DNA from: Candidatus Poribacteria bacterium
Lineage (GTDB): Bacteria > Poribacteria > WGA-4E > WGA-3G
Direction: 5' to 3'
NCBI GenBank assembly: GCA_965205025.1
Contig: CBDBFU010000016.1
Coordinates: forward strand, 23,356-87,355
Length of the DNA stretch: 64,000 nt
A model generated the notes under the pieces. That model ran no database searches and was not told the DNA's origin. It saw only the letters and a program-made list of their open reading frames with translations. Positions 1 through 10,448 of the stretch are shown here, piece after piece. Position 1 is the first letter of the stretch; each line of letters starts with the position of its first letter. The position numbers were made by a program, and so were the translations under genes.

Positions 1-1
1 G

Positions 2-109
2 ACAATCCGCAATGTTGAATCACAAGGTATGATTCTGGCAGCCAGTGGGGATTCAGTCGTATTGGTTACACCAGAAACGAAGGTTCCTCTTGGTACAGAA
101 GTAAGATAA
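2..109 (+). CDS. metG: 3' end of methionyl-tRNA synthetase (C-terminal tRNA-binding OB domain), partial
   Basis: Frame 2 reads TIRNVESQGMILAASGDSVVLVTPETKVPLGTEVR*. ESQGMILAA is the MetG C-terminal/Trbp111 signature, so a stand-alone Trbp111-like protein cannot be excluded. Confidence 0.75.
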   Translation, partial: TIRNVESQGMILAASGDSVVLVTPETKVPLGTEVR

Positions 110-147
110 ATTATCTACTCCAAATCCTTACTTCCTTAGTAGCCAAA

Positions 148-3100
148 ATGCAGAATATAGAGAATACTATTAAATCTCGTATCGAAAATGACAAGGCAAA
201 TTCCTTTGTAATTATCGTACCCAATGAAGCTTCGCGTTTAATACGACAGCGAGAATTGGTTTTATATCATGGCAATAATTCTGTCGCCAATTTACAGATT
301 TATGATATTGAGAATTTCATACAAAGGTTGTATTCTAATGTGTTTCCTCCGAGACAGACCATTTCAATGGGTCTCCAACACCTTTGGTTACACGAAATAG
401 TAGATCCTGATAACAATCCACTGAATCCATCTCAATTTAGCTCATTTCGTCCTGTTGATGAAAGTGATATTCCTGATAGTACTCTTAACTTAATTGCAAA
501 TTCAATTAACCAGCTTAAAGATCGTGGTGAGTCTGTAGATTCAGTTACATCAGATCAACAAATTGATGCAGACTTAATTCGAATATATCAGGAATATGAG
601 GAAAAGTTGCATTCAAGCTGGATTGATGATAGAGGTAAACATCTTTACCTTGCAGATAACTTTGAGAAAGGATATTTCAAACGGTCATTTCCTTCCACTA
701 ATCTGTTAGTAATAGAAGGATTTTCTATTCTCTCGAAATCTGACATTGAAATATTCAGGCAGATTGCTGGTATATCAGATTTAGAAGTGTGGTTTCGGAC
801 AGACTGTCTTGAGGAAAACATAAATCTATATTCCAATATTACGAATCTTATATCTAATTTTCGAGATGAAAATGTCAATATTGATTCTGTTTTTGACAGA
901 TATTCTGATAATCACCAATATTTGGCGGAAAACTTATTTCAAACTAATTCTCCTTTAGAGAACAGAAGAGATCTAACCAAGAAGATAAATGCATTATACC
1001 CATCTGATCGTTCAGAAGAAGTTGAACAAATCGCATTTCTCATACGGAGACATATTGATGAAGACAACTGTGGATTAAATGACATTTGTGTTACCTATTA
1101 CAATATAAACCAATATAAGCATCGAATTGCTGAGACATTTCATGCCTTTGGTATCCCTTATTCACTATCTGAAAGCATTCCATTGAATAAGTCCAGAATT
1201 ATAAAAGAAATCTTTTCTCGTTTGACACCTCATCAAACATCCTTAACAAATCTATATTTCGATGATAGTGATGATACAAACTTCCCAAAAAGTCTTGATC
1301 CAGATGAATTTTCTGAATATATTGATACTTTTCTCAAAGCAGGGGATGTATTAAATAAGATTATTAATCCTATGATAAGGGAAAATAGAGAGATTATTGA
1401 AGCTGAGATTAACGCATTACAGCACTTCAAAAGAATAGTTAAGGAGCTTTGTGAATTCTATAAAACTGAGGAAGACAAATCATACCCTTATAGTGAATAT
1501 CTTACAAAACTGCAACATATAGCAAGACATACATACTTTCAGATCAGTTCATTTAAAAACAGTGAATCTGTAAATATATTACCAGTCAGTGAACTCAGGA
1601 GTTTAGAATATAAGATTGTGTTATTAGGGGATTTTGTGGATGGTGGTTTTCCACAATATTATAGTCCGGATCCGTTATTACCAGAAACACCATACCACAG
1701 AAGAGAAGAACAACTTTATGATAATCGCTTTCTGTTTTATAGATTGTTAAAATCATTTAGTGAACATCTATATTTACTTGTACCTCAACGTGAACAAGAA
1801 ACAGAATTAATCCCATCCTTATTTTTATCTCAATTGAAAGCAGTTGCAGATATTGGTGAATTAGAAATACTGAATCCTGAGGAAAGAAGTATTTATGGCT
1901 TCCTCAGTGCTTATGGTAAGTTTGTATCAAATACTGAATTTCAAGACAATGTTGATTTTCCAAATGAACTTACCGATCTACGTCCTTTAATTGACCATGT
2001 TGTTACAATAGAAAAGAGTCGTGAAAAAACAAACCAACACCCAACTTACGAAGGAAAATTAACAGAAAAAGACAATTTGACAAATATCACCATCTCCCAA
2101 ACAAGTAGAGAAAGATTGCACCAGTTTCGAGAAAAAACATATTCTGTTACTGACTTAGAAACTTATGCAAATTGTCCATATCAGTACTTTAATAGTAAGG
2201 TGTTAGTATTTAAACCTGAACCAGATGAAGAGAAAGGTGAACTAACTACATTAGATAGAGGATCATTAATTCACAAAGTTGTAGCTGAATTTTACACAAA
2301 ACGAAGGGATAATGGAGATCCTCCTATTTCTCAATGTTGTAATGAAGACTATTCACAAGCGATACTGCAAATTAATGAGATATTAGATAATCAACAAGCA
2401 TTGTTACGTAATGATGAGTATAAAACTCTACCAATGGATAATCTTTTTTGGAGTATAGACATTGATAAGACAAAGGCAGCATTACACAAATGGGTAGCAG
2501 CAGAACGGGATTATGCTTTACCTCTTTTACCCAGTTATTTTGAAGTGGGTATAGGTAGAACGTCTGGAAGGATTGATCAAACGTTAAATCATCCAGAACC
2601 AATCCCGATTGGAAACGTAAAGATGAATGGAAAAATAGACCGTATTGATATCGGTTCAAATAGTTTTAGTATCATTGATTATAAGACAGGGGGAACGATT
2701 CCAAATATACAAAATATACAAGAGGGTCGAGCGTTACAAGTTCCAATTTATCTACAATTAGTAAAGAAGATATTGGATGAAGATAAGAATAGTAAATTTA
2801 ATCCTTCAGCTGGTCTCTATCACAAAATTAGATTGGATGAATGTAAAGTTGAACTTGGAATTGGTAAGTCTTCACATAATGGAGAAACATATCAAGTCTA
2901 TGGAAACAATAGATGGTATTCATCAGGAAGGAGTAGTAGACAACTGTTAGATGATAATGTATTTGAATCCACCCTGGATAGGGTCACTGGATATATACAG
3001 CAGTACGTTAATAATATATCAGAAGGGATTTTCCCTATCATCACACGGGTGGATTTCTATGAGGATTCTTTAGAAGAGGGTGACAGACCTATTAAACCTA

Positions 3101-3189
3101 AGGATCCCACTGCCCCCTGCAATTATTGTAATTACCTACGAATATGTCGTGTTGGTGCATTCACTGAAACGAGTGATGATGTAAATTGA
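148..3189 (+). CDS. AddB/RexB-like protein with C-terminal PD-(D/E)XK nuclease and Fe-S cysteines
   Basis: 1013 aa. Motifs: YSVTDLETYANCPYQYF, DRGSLIH, GKIDRID...IIDYKTG, LQVPIY, C-terminal CNYCNYLRIC. Confidence 0.8.
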   Translation: MQNIENTIKSRIENDKANSFVIIVPNEASRLIRQRELVLYHGNNSVANLQIYDIENFIQRLYSNVFPPRQTISMGLQHLWLHEIVDPDNNPLNPSQFSSFRPVDESDIPDSTLNLIANSINQLKDRGESVDSVTSDQQIDADLIRIYQEYEEKLHSSWIDDRGKHLYLADNFEKGYFKRSFPSTNLLVIEGFSILSKSDIEIFRQIAGISDLEVWFRTDCLEENINLYSNITNLISNFRDENVNIDSVFDRYSDNHQYLAENLFQTNSPLENRRDLTKKINALYPSDRSEEVEQIAFLIRRHIDEDNCGLNDICVTYYNINQYKHRIAETFHAFGIPYSLSESIPLNKSRIIKEIFSRLTPHQTSLTNLYFDDSDDTNFPKSLDPDEFSEYIDTFLKAGDVLNKIINPMIRENREIIEAEINALQHFKRIVKELCEFYKTEEDKSYPYSEYLTKLQHIARHTYFQISSFKNSESVNILPVSELRSLEYKIVLLGDFVDGGFPQYYSPDPLLPETPYHRREEQLYDNRFLFYRLLKSFSEHLYLLVPQREQETELIPSLFLSQLKAVADIGELEILNPEERSIYGFLSAYGKFVSNTEFQDNVDFPNELTDLRPLIDHVVTIEKSREKTNQHPTYEGKLTEKDNLTNITISQTSRERLHQFREKTYSVTDLETYANCPYQYFNSKVLVFKPEPDEEKGELTTLDRGSLIHKVVAEFYTKRRDNGDPPISQCCNEDYSQAILQINEILDNQQALLRNDEYKTLPMDNLFWSIDIDKTKAALHKWVAAERDYALPLLPSYFEVGIGRTSGRIDQTLNHPEPIPIGNVKMNGKIDRIDIGSNSFSIIDYKTGGTIPNIQNIQEGRALQVPIYLQLVKKILDEDKNSKFNPSAGLYHKIRLDECKVELGIGKSSHNGETYQVYGNNRWYSSGRSSRQLLDDNVFESTLDRVTGYIQQYVNNISEGIFPIITRVDFYEDSLEEGDRPIKPKDPTAPCNYCNYLRICRVGAFTETSDDVN

Positions 3190-3246
3190 ATTCATCTGAA
3201 CTAACACAGAAAGATATTTCTTTAGAAGTTAGAACTTGTATAATAC

Positions 3247-3275
3247 TTGCACGCTTAATAAAATTTTGATATACT
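3247..3275 (+). promoter_or_regulatory. sigma70-type promoter of sodA
   Basis: TTGCAC-N17-TATACT with extended TG. RBS AGGAGG lies before the ATG at 3311. Confidence 0.55.
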
Positions 3276-3310
3276 GACATTACCAAATATATTTAGGAGG
3301 CTATTATTAA

Positions 3311-3919
3311 ATGGCACATACATTACCTGCACTACCTTATGCACACGATGCGTTAGAACCACATATTGATGCACAAACAATGGAAATTCATCACGGAAAA
3401 CACCATCAAGGGTATGTCAACAATCTGAATGCTGCTTTAGAAGGTCATGACGATCTTGCAAATTTAGATGTTGAAGAACTCCTCAGAAATATTGATGATG
3501 TACCTGAAGATATTAAACAGGCTGTCATTAATAACGGTGGTGGACATGCAAATCACTCACTTTTCTGGTCAATCATGAGTCCAAATGGTGGTCAACCCAG
3601 TGGTGGTGAAATTGGAGATGCAATTAAATCCGCATTTGGATCACTTGATGCTGCCAACGAAGAATTTACAACTGCAGCAACAAAACGGTTCGGCTCTGGT
3701 TGGGCATGGCTTGTAATTGGTGATGATGGATTGGAAATTTATTCAACAGCAAATCAAGATAGTCCACTCATGCAAGGACATACACCGATTCTTGGTATTG
3801 ATGTCTGGGAACACGCATACTATCTAAATTATCAGAATCGACGTCCAGATTATGTTGATGCATGGAAGAACGTTGTAAACTGGACACGAGTCAACGAACT
3901 ATATGTTGCTAATGCGTAA
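3311..3919 (+). CDS. sodA: Mn/Fe superoxide dismutase
   Basis: Motifs: [44 protein letters not shown]. Confidence 0.97.
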   Translation: MAHTLPALPYAHDALEPHIDAQTMEIHHGKHHQGYVNNLNAALEGHDDLANLDVEELLRNIDDVPEDIKQAVINNGGGHANHSLFWSIMSPNGGQPSGGEIGDAIKSAFGSLDAANEEFTTAATKRFGSGWAWLVIGDDGLEIYSTANQDSPLMQGHTPILGIDVWEHAYYLNYQNRRPDYVDAWKNVVNWTRVNELYVANA

Positions 3920-3934
3920 AATTCCGTATAAAAT

Positions 3935-3958
3935 AGGGGTAGCGTTGATTCTACCCCT
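3935..3958 (+). terminator. hairpin after sodA, probable terminator
   Basis: AGGGGTAG-N8-CTACCCCT just after the stop codon. The U-tail is weak. Confidence 0.5.
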
Positions 3959-4246
3959 TCATATTCATCTACATAAACCATCCAATTTATAGTATTATCA
4001 TAAATAGACAATACTTAAACTAAGTAGTCTAACTTTTATCTACTTTCAAGAATAATTAATCAACAACTACAGTAAAACCTAAAATTATCATTACATTAGT
4101 ATGTATTAATGTCAAATGCATAAACGGTAATTTACGGGTTCGGTTTCCCAGTAAGCCACTCCTACCATAAAGTGTAAGCATATTTATAGAATCTACTAAG
4201 AATAGTTCATTTAACCATTTTAACTTCAAAATAGGAGGAGTGTACA

Positions 4247-5038
4247 ATGAAAAGGTTATTTTGTTTGGTTTCTATATTCACATTAATTTCCATTAGCATC
4301 GTATTCGGTCAGGACGTGGCTGTTCACTATGATGCAGCTGTAGAAAACGGAAACGGTTTGGCTGTTCCAAACCCAGCACAATTAGCAGACCTAATCGTAG
4401 AAAAACTTAAGGACAAGAAACTGACTGCTGAAATCGTTGATAGTGACGCTTTAGCAGATTATATGAATGCAAATAAGAATGGGATCTATATTATCACTCA
4501 AGGAAACACCCCTGGAAGTATATTTCAGAAAAAAGGAAAAGATGATCTGGTATACAAATGGTTGAGAGAAGGTGGTATTGGGGGTTTCATTGGTGACTAT
4601 GCGTTTTACTACTATTGGCATAAAGGAGCACGTGTAACTGCAGCAGGGGGTGGACAACAGAGTGTCTTCGGTGCCACTATTACAAACGCTACAGTTTCAC
4701 AGGTTGAACCAACGGAACTCGGTAAAAAGTATATTCCTTCTCTCAAGAAATGGACTTCAAATCGGGCATCTGGTTTAGCAGTCTTGAAACAAAATAATTT
4801 CGAGTTTGAAAGTTATGCTGATAATGGGGCAAATGCCGATCCAATAGCATACCGAACTGAAGATATGAAGGGATGGTTTATTAACTTCCATACGTCTTGT
4901 TGTGGTACGCAAATTCCACCGAATGAACAAATTGCTACTGAATATGCTGAACTGATTTCAAATCGCTTTGCGGTACCACAGGCTGTTGATCCTAATGGAA
5001 AAATCAGCATTGTATGGGGACAATTGAAGTCACAATAA
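4247..5038 (+). CDS. secreted hypothetical protein with C-terminal AVxPxGKxxxxWGxLK motif
   Basis: AGGAGG RBS, signal-peptide-like N-terminus, C-terminus AVDPNGKISIVWGQLKSQ. Confidence 0.8.
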   Translation: MKRLFCLVSIFTLISISIVFGQDVAVHYDAAVENGNGLAVPNPAQLADLIVEKLKDKKLTAEIVDSDALADYMNANKNGIYIITQGNTPGSIFQKKGKDDLVYKWLREGGIGGFIGDYAFYYYWHKGARVTAAGGGQQSVFGATITNATVSQVEPTELGKKYIPSLKKWTSNRASGLAVLKQNNFEFESYADNGANADPIAYRTEDMKGWFINFHTSCCGTQIPPNEQIATEYAELISNRFAVPQAVDPNGKISIVWGQLKSQ

Positions 5039-5136
5039 TAGAATTTTATTACGACTTACACAGTCCTACTAATGTCTCCATTATTCAACTATTTTTGAGT
5101 AGTAGGGACATTATTCTATTCAATATAGTGAATTTC

Positions 5137-5165
5137 TTGACAATTCTAATCTAAAGTATTATAAT
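5137..5165 (+). promoter_or_regulatory. sigma70 promoter of the ilv leader
   Basis: Perfect TTGACA-N17-TATAAT. Confidence 0.8.
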
Positions 5166-5224
5166 TAAACAGTTGATAAACCGTAATATCGTTATTTTGA
5201 ATAGAAAGAATAAACATATTAAAA

Positions 5225-5554
5225 GGCGTTGAAAGGGAGGAGTAAGTCAAGAAGGCTTGCAAGAGATGGGGATTCATAGGCTGTAAGATCTCCTCAAGTA
5301 CTTATGACTGAAGGTCGCCCTGGAGCTGCTTTTCTGAACAGTTGGAAGTTGATTACTTAGTAGGATCAGCCGATGTGATGCTCGTTAACGCATCCCAATG
5401 AGTGCTCTTTCCCATAATAGGATGATCTATATTCATTTATGTGAAAGTGAATTGGAGTGGTACCACGGTAAGGTTGTGTCGGTAATTCATGTACCGAACG
5501 TGCTATTGAAAGCCGATTCCTTCTCGTCTCCAAGTCGGAACGAGAAGGTTTTTT
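5225..5554 (+). promoter_or_regulatory. T-box riboswitch (probable Val specifier GUC) with terminator/antiterminator
   Basis: Stem I has AGTA, AGAGA and GGCTG boxes. Specifier loop GAA-G-GTC-G-CCCT (GTC at 5314-5316). T-box AATTGGAGTGGTACCACG at 5450-5467. Antiterminator 3' arm CGTCTCCAA at 5525-5533. Terminator CCTTCTCGT...ACGAGAAGG followed by T6. Confidence 0.92.
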
Positions 5555-5612
5555 AATTTTAACAATTCTCCGATTTGAATTCGGTAAAATTATATTAATA
5601 AGGGAAATTGGC

Positions 5613-7289
5613 ATGGAACTTAAAGGAGCAGAAATCCTTGTTGAGAGTCTCAAACGTGAAGGTGTCGATTATATCTTCGGTGTAAACGGTGGCGCGGCTA
5701 TGCCGATTTTTGATGCCCTCTACAACGAAACAGATGTTAAATTGATTCCTATGCGGCATGAGCAGGGAGCTTCCCATGCTGCGGATGGATACGCACGTGC
5801 AACTGGTAAAGTCGGTGTCGCACTCGCTACATCCGGACCGGGGGCAACCAATCTTGTTACTGGAATAGCAACAGCATATATGGATTCAATACCAATGGTT
5901 GCTATCACCGGTCAGGTAATGACGCATTTCATTGGGAGTGACGCATTTCAGGAATGTGATGTAATCGGAGTCACACGACCAATATGTAAACACAGTTATC
6001 TTATTAAAGATGGAAATGAAGTTGCGGATGTTGTTGCAGAAGCATTTCACATTGCCAGTACAGGAAAACAGGGTCCTGTTATCATAGACATTGCCAAAGA
6101 TGCACAGAACCAGGAAACCCTCTTTAAATATCCCGATTCAGTTGATATTCGAAGTTACAAACCACAGGTAAATGGTGATTCAGATCAAATTGCTAAAGCT
6201 GCAGAGTTAATAAAAGATGCCAAGAAACCTATGTTGTATGCTGGTGGTGGTGTTGTGCTTGCAGACGCAAGCGATGAATTACGCGAATTAACATTGAAAA
6301 CCCAAATTCCAATTACTGTAACATTAATGGGTTTGGGGGCTTTTCCTGAAACACATCCATTAGCTATGCAGATGCCAGGTATGCATGGATCCTGTTGTGC
6401 AAATTATGCCTTCACGGATTCTGATCTTGTGATCGCAATTGGTGCAAGATTTGATGATAGAGTTACAGGAGACCTTGACAAATTTGCCCCGAATGCCAAG
6501 AAAATACATATTGATATTGATCCTTCCTGTATAGGAAAAAATGTTCCAGTTGATGTTCCTATTGTCGGTGATGCGAAAAATGTATTGAAAGAACTTATTA
6601 AAAAGGTCGACACAACTGATATTGATCCGTGGAGAAATCAAATCCAAGAATGGAAACAGAAGTATCCTTTTGAATACGAACAGAAAGGGAATAAGGTGAT
6701 GCCACAGTATGTCATAGAAAAAATCTATGAACATTATAGTGATGCTATAGTTGTGGCAGATGTAGGTCAACATCAGATGTGGGCTGCACAATACTTCCAA
6801 TTCACCGAACCTCGCCAGTGGTTAAACTCGGGGGGTCTCGGTACAATGGGATTTAGTCTCCCCGCAGCAATCGGTGCTCAACTTGGATGTCCTGAGAAAA
6901 CTGTTGTAAACATCAATGGTGACGGGTCATATATCATGACTATACAAGAATTAGTTCCAGCAATATCACTGAAATTACCTTTGAAGGTTTTCATTATCAA
7001 TAACATGTACTTAGGGATGGTACGTCAATGGCAAGAACTCTTCCACGGAAAAAGGTATTCAGCAGTTGATTATCACGATAACCCTGATTTTGCCTTGCTT
7101 GCACAAGCATTTGGAGCAACCGGTCTTCGAGTTGAATATCCGGAAGATGTTGAACCAGCACTGATAAAAGCAAAAGGTGTTGACGATGGACCAGTCGTTA
7201 TTGACTTCATTGTTGATGAAGAAGAAAACGTCTTTCCAATGGTTCCTGCTGGTAAAGGTCTCGGTGATGTAATCCGAGGGCTATCATAG
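5613..7289 (+). CDS. ilvB: acetolactate synthase large subunit
   Basis: Motifs: RHEQGASHAADGYARATG, TSGPGATN, DVGQHQMW, ThDP motif GDGS...NN. Confidence 0.97.
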   Translation: MELKGAEILVESLKREGVDYIFGVNGGAAMPIFDALYNETDVKLIPMRHEQGASHAADGYARATGKVGVALATSGPGATNLVTGIATAYMDSIPMVAITGQVMTHFIGSDAFQECDVIGVTRPICKHSYLIKDGNEVADVVAEAFHIASTGKQGPVIIDIAKDAQNQETLFKYPDSVDIRSYKPQVNGDSDQIAKAAELIKDAKKPMLYAGGGVVLADASDELRELTLKTQIPITVTLMGLGAFPETHPLAMQMPGMHGSCCANYAFTDSDLVIAIGARFDDRVTGDLDKFAPNAKKIHIDIDPSCIGKNVPVDVPIVGDAKNVLKELIKKVDTTDIDPWRNQIQEWKQKYPFEYEQKGNKVMPQYVIEKIYEHYSDAIVVADVGQHQMWAAQYFQFTEPRQWLNSGGLGTMGFSLPAAIGAQLGCPEKTVVNINGDGSYIMTIQELVPAISLKLPLKVFIINNMYLGMVRQWQELFHGKRYSAVDYHDNPDFALLAQAFGATGLRVEYPEDVEPALIKAKGVDDGPVVIDFIVDEEENVFPMVPAGKGLGDVIRGLS

Positions 7290-7419
7290 TCTCTATCCGT
7301 TAGTCATAGGAACATTATATTTAATTATTTGTGTTGATTTAGCATAAAAGATGTAATGTTCCTTCCTATTTTACTAACCATATTTGTATACAACATTCAC
7401 TAAAGTATAAAAAGAAATT

Positions 7420-7917
7420 ATGAATAACGAAGAACGGCACATTTTTTCTGTCTTGGTCGAAAATCGATTCGGTGTACTGGCTCGTGTCGCAGGACTTTTC
7501 AGTGGACGTGGGTTTAATATTGATAGCCTAAACGTCGCGGCTACACACGACAAGAGTATCTCACAGATTACACTTGTTACCCATGGGGACGCACAGATTA
7601 TTGACCAGATCTATCAGCACCTAAATAGGTTAATTGATGTAATTGAAGTTACTGATTTATCTACAGGGATGCATGTAGAACGTGAACTGGTACTCATTAA
7701 GATTGCAACTGAGGATCAACAAAAACGTACCGAAATATTACAAATCGCAGAAGTTTTTCGGGGTCGCGTGATTGACATGAAACCGGGGTCGATTGTTCTT
7801 GAAGTTACTGGGGATGAAGGTAAGTTAGATGCAGCAATCAATATCTATCGCACCTATGGTATCATTGACTTAGTACGTACAGGGAAAATTGCAATGATGC
7901 GCGGCTCAGAAAAATAA
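7420..7917 (+). CDS. ilvN: acetolactate synthase small (regulatory) subunit
   Basis: ACT domain SVLVENRFGVLARVAGLFSGRGFNIDSL, ERELVLIKI, RTGKIAM. Confidence 0.95.
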   Translation: MNNEERHIFSVLVENRFGVLARVAGLFSGRGFNIDSLNVAATHDKSISQITLVTHGDAQIIDQIYQHLNRLIDVIEVTDLSTGMHVERELVLIKIATEDQQKRTEILQIAEVFRGRVIDMKPGSIVLEVTGDEGKLDAAINIYRTYGIIDLVRTGKIAMMRGSEK

Positions 7918-7928
7918 TCATATCTAAA

Positions 7929-8050
7929 CAGGACTTACGCAATATAAGCAGAAAAAGGTGAAATTTGACTTAAAAAGTCGTCATTTCAGCGTTTTAACCC
8001 CCTAAATCCCCCTTATCAGGGGGACTTTAAGAGGAAATGCGTAAGTCCTA
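7929..8050. mobile_element. 122-bp MITE with IS701-type ends
   Basis: Ends CAGGACTTACGCA / TGCGTAAGTCCTA match the IS at 9359-10448. 5-bp target duplication CTAAA at 7924-7928 and 8051-8055. Confidence 0.85.
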
Positions 8051-8143
8051 CTAAATTAAACTTCATTACGGTTCCAGAATCCTATATTCATTCCAGATTT
8101 AATCACATAGAAATATATAGAAATAATAGAGAGGAACAACAAG

Positions 8144-9134
8144 ATGGCAACGATTTATTACGAGAGTGATGCCGATTTCGATTTACTTAAAGATCGAATG
8201 GTCGCAGTAATAGGATATGGTGCCCAAGGAAGAGCACAATCCCTAAACCTGCAAGATAGTGGTGCGAATGTTGTAGTTGGTTTATACGAAGGAAGTCGCT
8301 CGAAACCACGCGCTGAAGCGGAAGGGTTAACTGTCAAGACTGTTGAAGAGGCATCAGCAATGGCAGACATCATTCAAGTTCTCATACCTGATGAAAAACA
8401 TTCAGCGGTATATCGTGATGAGATCGCACCAAATATGGAAGCAGGTAACATGCTCATGGTATCACACGGATTCAGTGTCCACTTTGGACAGATCGTGCCA
8501 TCAGATAATGTTGATGTGGCTATGATTGCTCCGAAAGGACCAGGTTCATTAGTGCGAGAAGTCTTTGAAGGGGGAGGAGGTGTCCCTTGTCTAATCGCTA
8601 TTCATCAAGACACTACAGGAAATGCCCGGGACGTTGCTCTTGCTTATGCCAAAGGGATTGGAGGAACACGAGCAGGTGTTATAGAAACAACATTTCGTGA
8701 AGAAACAGAGACTGACCTTTTCGGTGAACAAGCTGTATTATGTGGTGGAACTGCAGCATTGATAAAAGCTGCTTATGATACTTTGGTGGAAGCAGGATAT
8801 CAACCTGAGATGGCATACTTCGAATGTCTCCATGAGTTGAAATTAATCGTTGATCTGATTTATACAGGTGGGTTAAGTAAGATGCGGAATGATGTGAGTA
8901 ACACCGCAGAGTTCGGGGATCTAACTCGTGGACCACAATTGATTGATGATAGTGTCCGTGATAGAATGCGTCAGATACTCAAAGATGTACAAGGTGGGGT
9001 TTTTTGCCAGAGAATGGGTACTGGAAAACCAAGCAAATCAACCTGTATTACAAGCACTTCGTAGACAAGAAGAAGAATTAGAGATTGAAGAAGTCGGGAA
9101 GAATCTCCGAAGCATGATGAGTTGGTTGGATTAA
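8144..9134 (+). CDS. ilvC: ketol-acid reductoisomerase, frameshift near 8996-9005 (G4T6 run)
   Basis: Motifs: [46 protein letters not shown]. The C-terminus FAREWVLEN...LRSMMSWL continues in another frame (ORF 8943..9134). Confidence 0.92.
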
Positions 9135-9179
9135 AACTATGTACCTATTGTAAGATAACATAAAAATTTTATAGATTAT

Positions 9180-9345
9180 AGGCACGGTGTATGAAGATTA
9201 AAATAATAATTCGGTAATGTGTTAGAAATTCGAATCAACGGTATGAATGCTATTTAGCATTCCCCGTGGTTAGGAAACCGAACCTACCAAGTTTGGGAAA
9301 ATGGGAATTACCGAATTTAAAACTTAATCCTCATAAACCGTGCCT
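9180..9345. mobile_element. MITE-like element with nested inverted repeats and REP
   Basis: Imperfect TIRs AGGCACGGTGTATGAAGATTAA / TTAATCCTCATAAACCGTGCCT. Inner IR AATTCGGTAAT / ATTACCGAATT. The internal part recurs at about 42778-42877. Confidence 0.6.
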
Positions 9346-9358
9346 ATTTTATTATGAA

Positions 9359-10448
9359 CAGGACTTACGCAAAATTACAAAATGTGTTATTCTTATTGAT
9401 TATGAACACATTTACACATTCTAAAAAGAAGCAAGACTTATTTTCCGATTATTGTCAATATTTGTTTTCAAGTTTCACTAATTTTACACAAACTTATTTT
9501 GCTAAACATACAGACCGTTGGAGCCACGATCAACTCAATCGCTTTCTGAGAGACGAAAACATTCCTACAAGTGAACTCTGGGCATCCGTCAAAGACGACA
9601 TCGACTTTGATGAAGAAGGATACCTGATTTTTGATGATGTTGTGCTGTCAAAAATACATTCTAAACGGATTGAAATAGTACGCTCTCAATGGAGTGGTAG
9701 TGACAGAAAGGTGATTCAAGGTATCGGTATTGTCACCTGTCTCTATGTCAACCCTAAGACACAGGAATATTGGGTCATTGATTACCGTATTTTTGACAGA
9801 GATCATGACGGTAAAACCAAAATCGATCATTTATTGGATATGTTGCACGATGCTTATTCTAAGAAACAACTCCCATTCCGGACAGTCTTGATGGACTCTT
9901 GGTATGCGTCCATGAAAGTGATGAAAGCGATTGATAGACTTTCTAAGATCTATTATGTTCCGTTGAAACGAAACCGTCTTGTGAATGATACCAAAGGTGT
10001 AGAACCTCACAAGGCAGTCAAAGATCTATCTTGGTCTCAAGCAGAAAAGAAAAGCGGTAAACGCGTACATCTCAAAAACTTTCCGAAAGGTTCTGTCGTA
10101 AAGTTATTCCGGTTTGTGTCTGATACCGGACGCACGGAATATATAGTGACAAACGATTTGACACAATCAAATGTGGATATGACTCACCAAAAGTGTCGTC
10201 TCCGTTGGAAGATTGAACTCCTTCATCGTGAGATGAAACAAGTAACCGGTATTGGTAAATGCCAATGTCGTAAGATGCGTGCCCAGAGAAATCATATTGC
10301 GTGTAGTTTCCAAGTATGGGTCTTTATGACGCGTGTTGTACGTGCTGTTGGACAAAAGATTTACGAGTTTAAAGATGGTTTATTGAGTGATTACTTAAAA
10401 CATCAACTCTCAAATCCTTCAATAAAATTTAAAACTGCGTAAGTCCTG
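9359..10448 (+). mobile_element. complete IS701-family insertion sequence
   Basis: 13-bp TIRs CAGGACTTACGCA / TGCGTAAGTCCTG. 5-bp TSD ATGAA at 9354-9358 and 10449-10453. Encodes a DDE transposase. Confidence 0.92.
9402..10442 (+). CDS. IS701-family DDE transposase
   Basis: Motifs: SHDQLNRFL, LIFDD, VLMDSWY, YIVTND, RWKIE...HREMKQVTGI..CQCR...AQRNH. The ATG at 9402 is inside the IS and the stop lies in the right TIR. Confidence 0.92.
   Translation: MNTFTHSKKKQDLFSDYCQYLFSSFTNFTQTYFAKHTDRWSHDQLNRFLRDENIPTSELWASVKDDIDFDEEGYLIFDDVVLSKIHSKRIEIVRSQWSGSDRKVIQGIGIVTCLYVNPKTQEYWVIDYRIFDRDHDGKTKIDHLLDMLHDAYSKKQLPFRTVLMDSWYASMKVMKAIDRLSKIYYVPLKRNRLVNDTKGVEPHKAVKDLSWSQAEKKSGKRVHLKNFPKGSVVKLFRFVSDTGRTEYIVTNDLTQSNVDMTHQKCRLRWKIELLHREMKQVTGIGKCQCRKMRAQRNHIACSFQVWVFMTRVVRAVGQKIYEFKDGLLSDYLKHQLSNPSIKFKTA

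Noticed and set aside
5366-5653. 95-aa minus-strand ORF
   Set aside because: Overlaps the T-box leader and the ilvB start, with no coding features.
8996-9005. Programmed frameshift in ilvC
   Set aside because: I know of no precedent, and similar homopolymer indels occur throughout the window.
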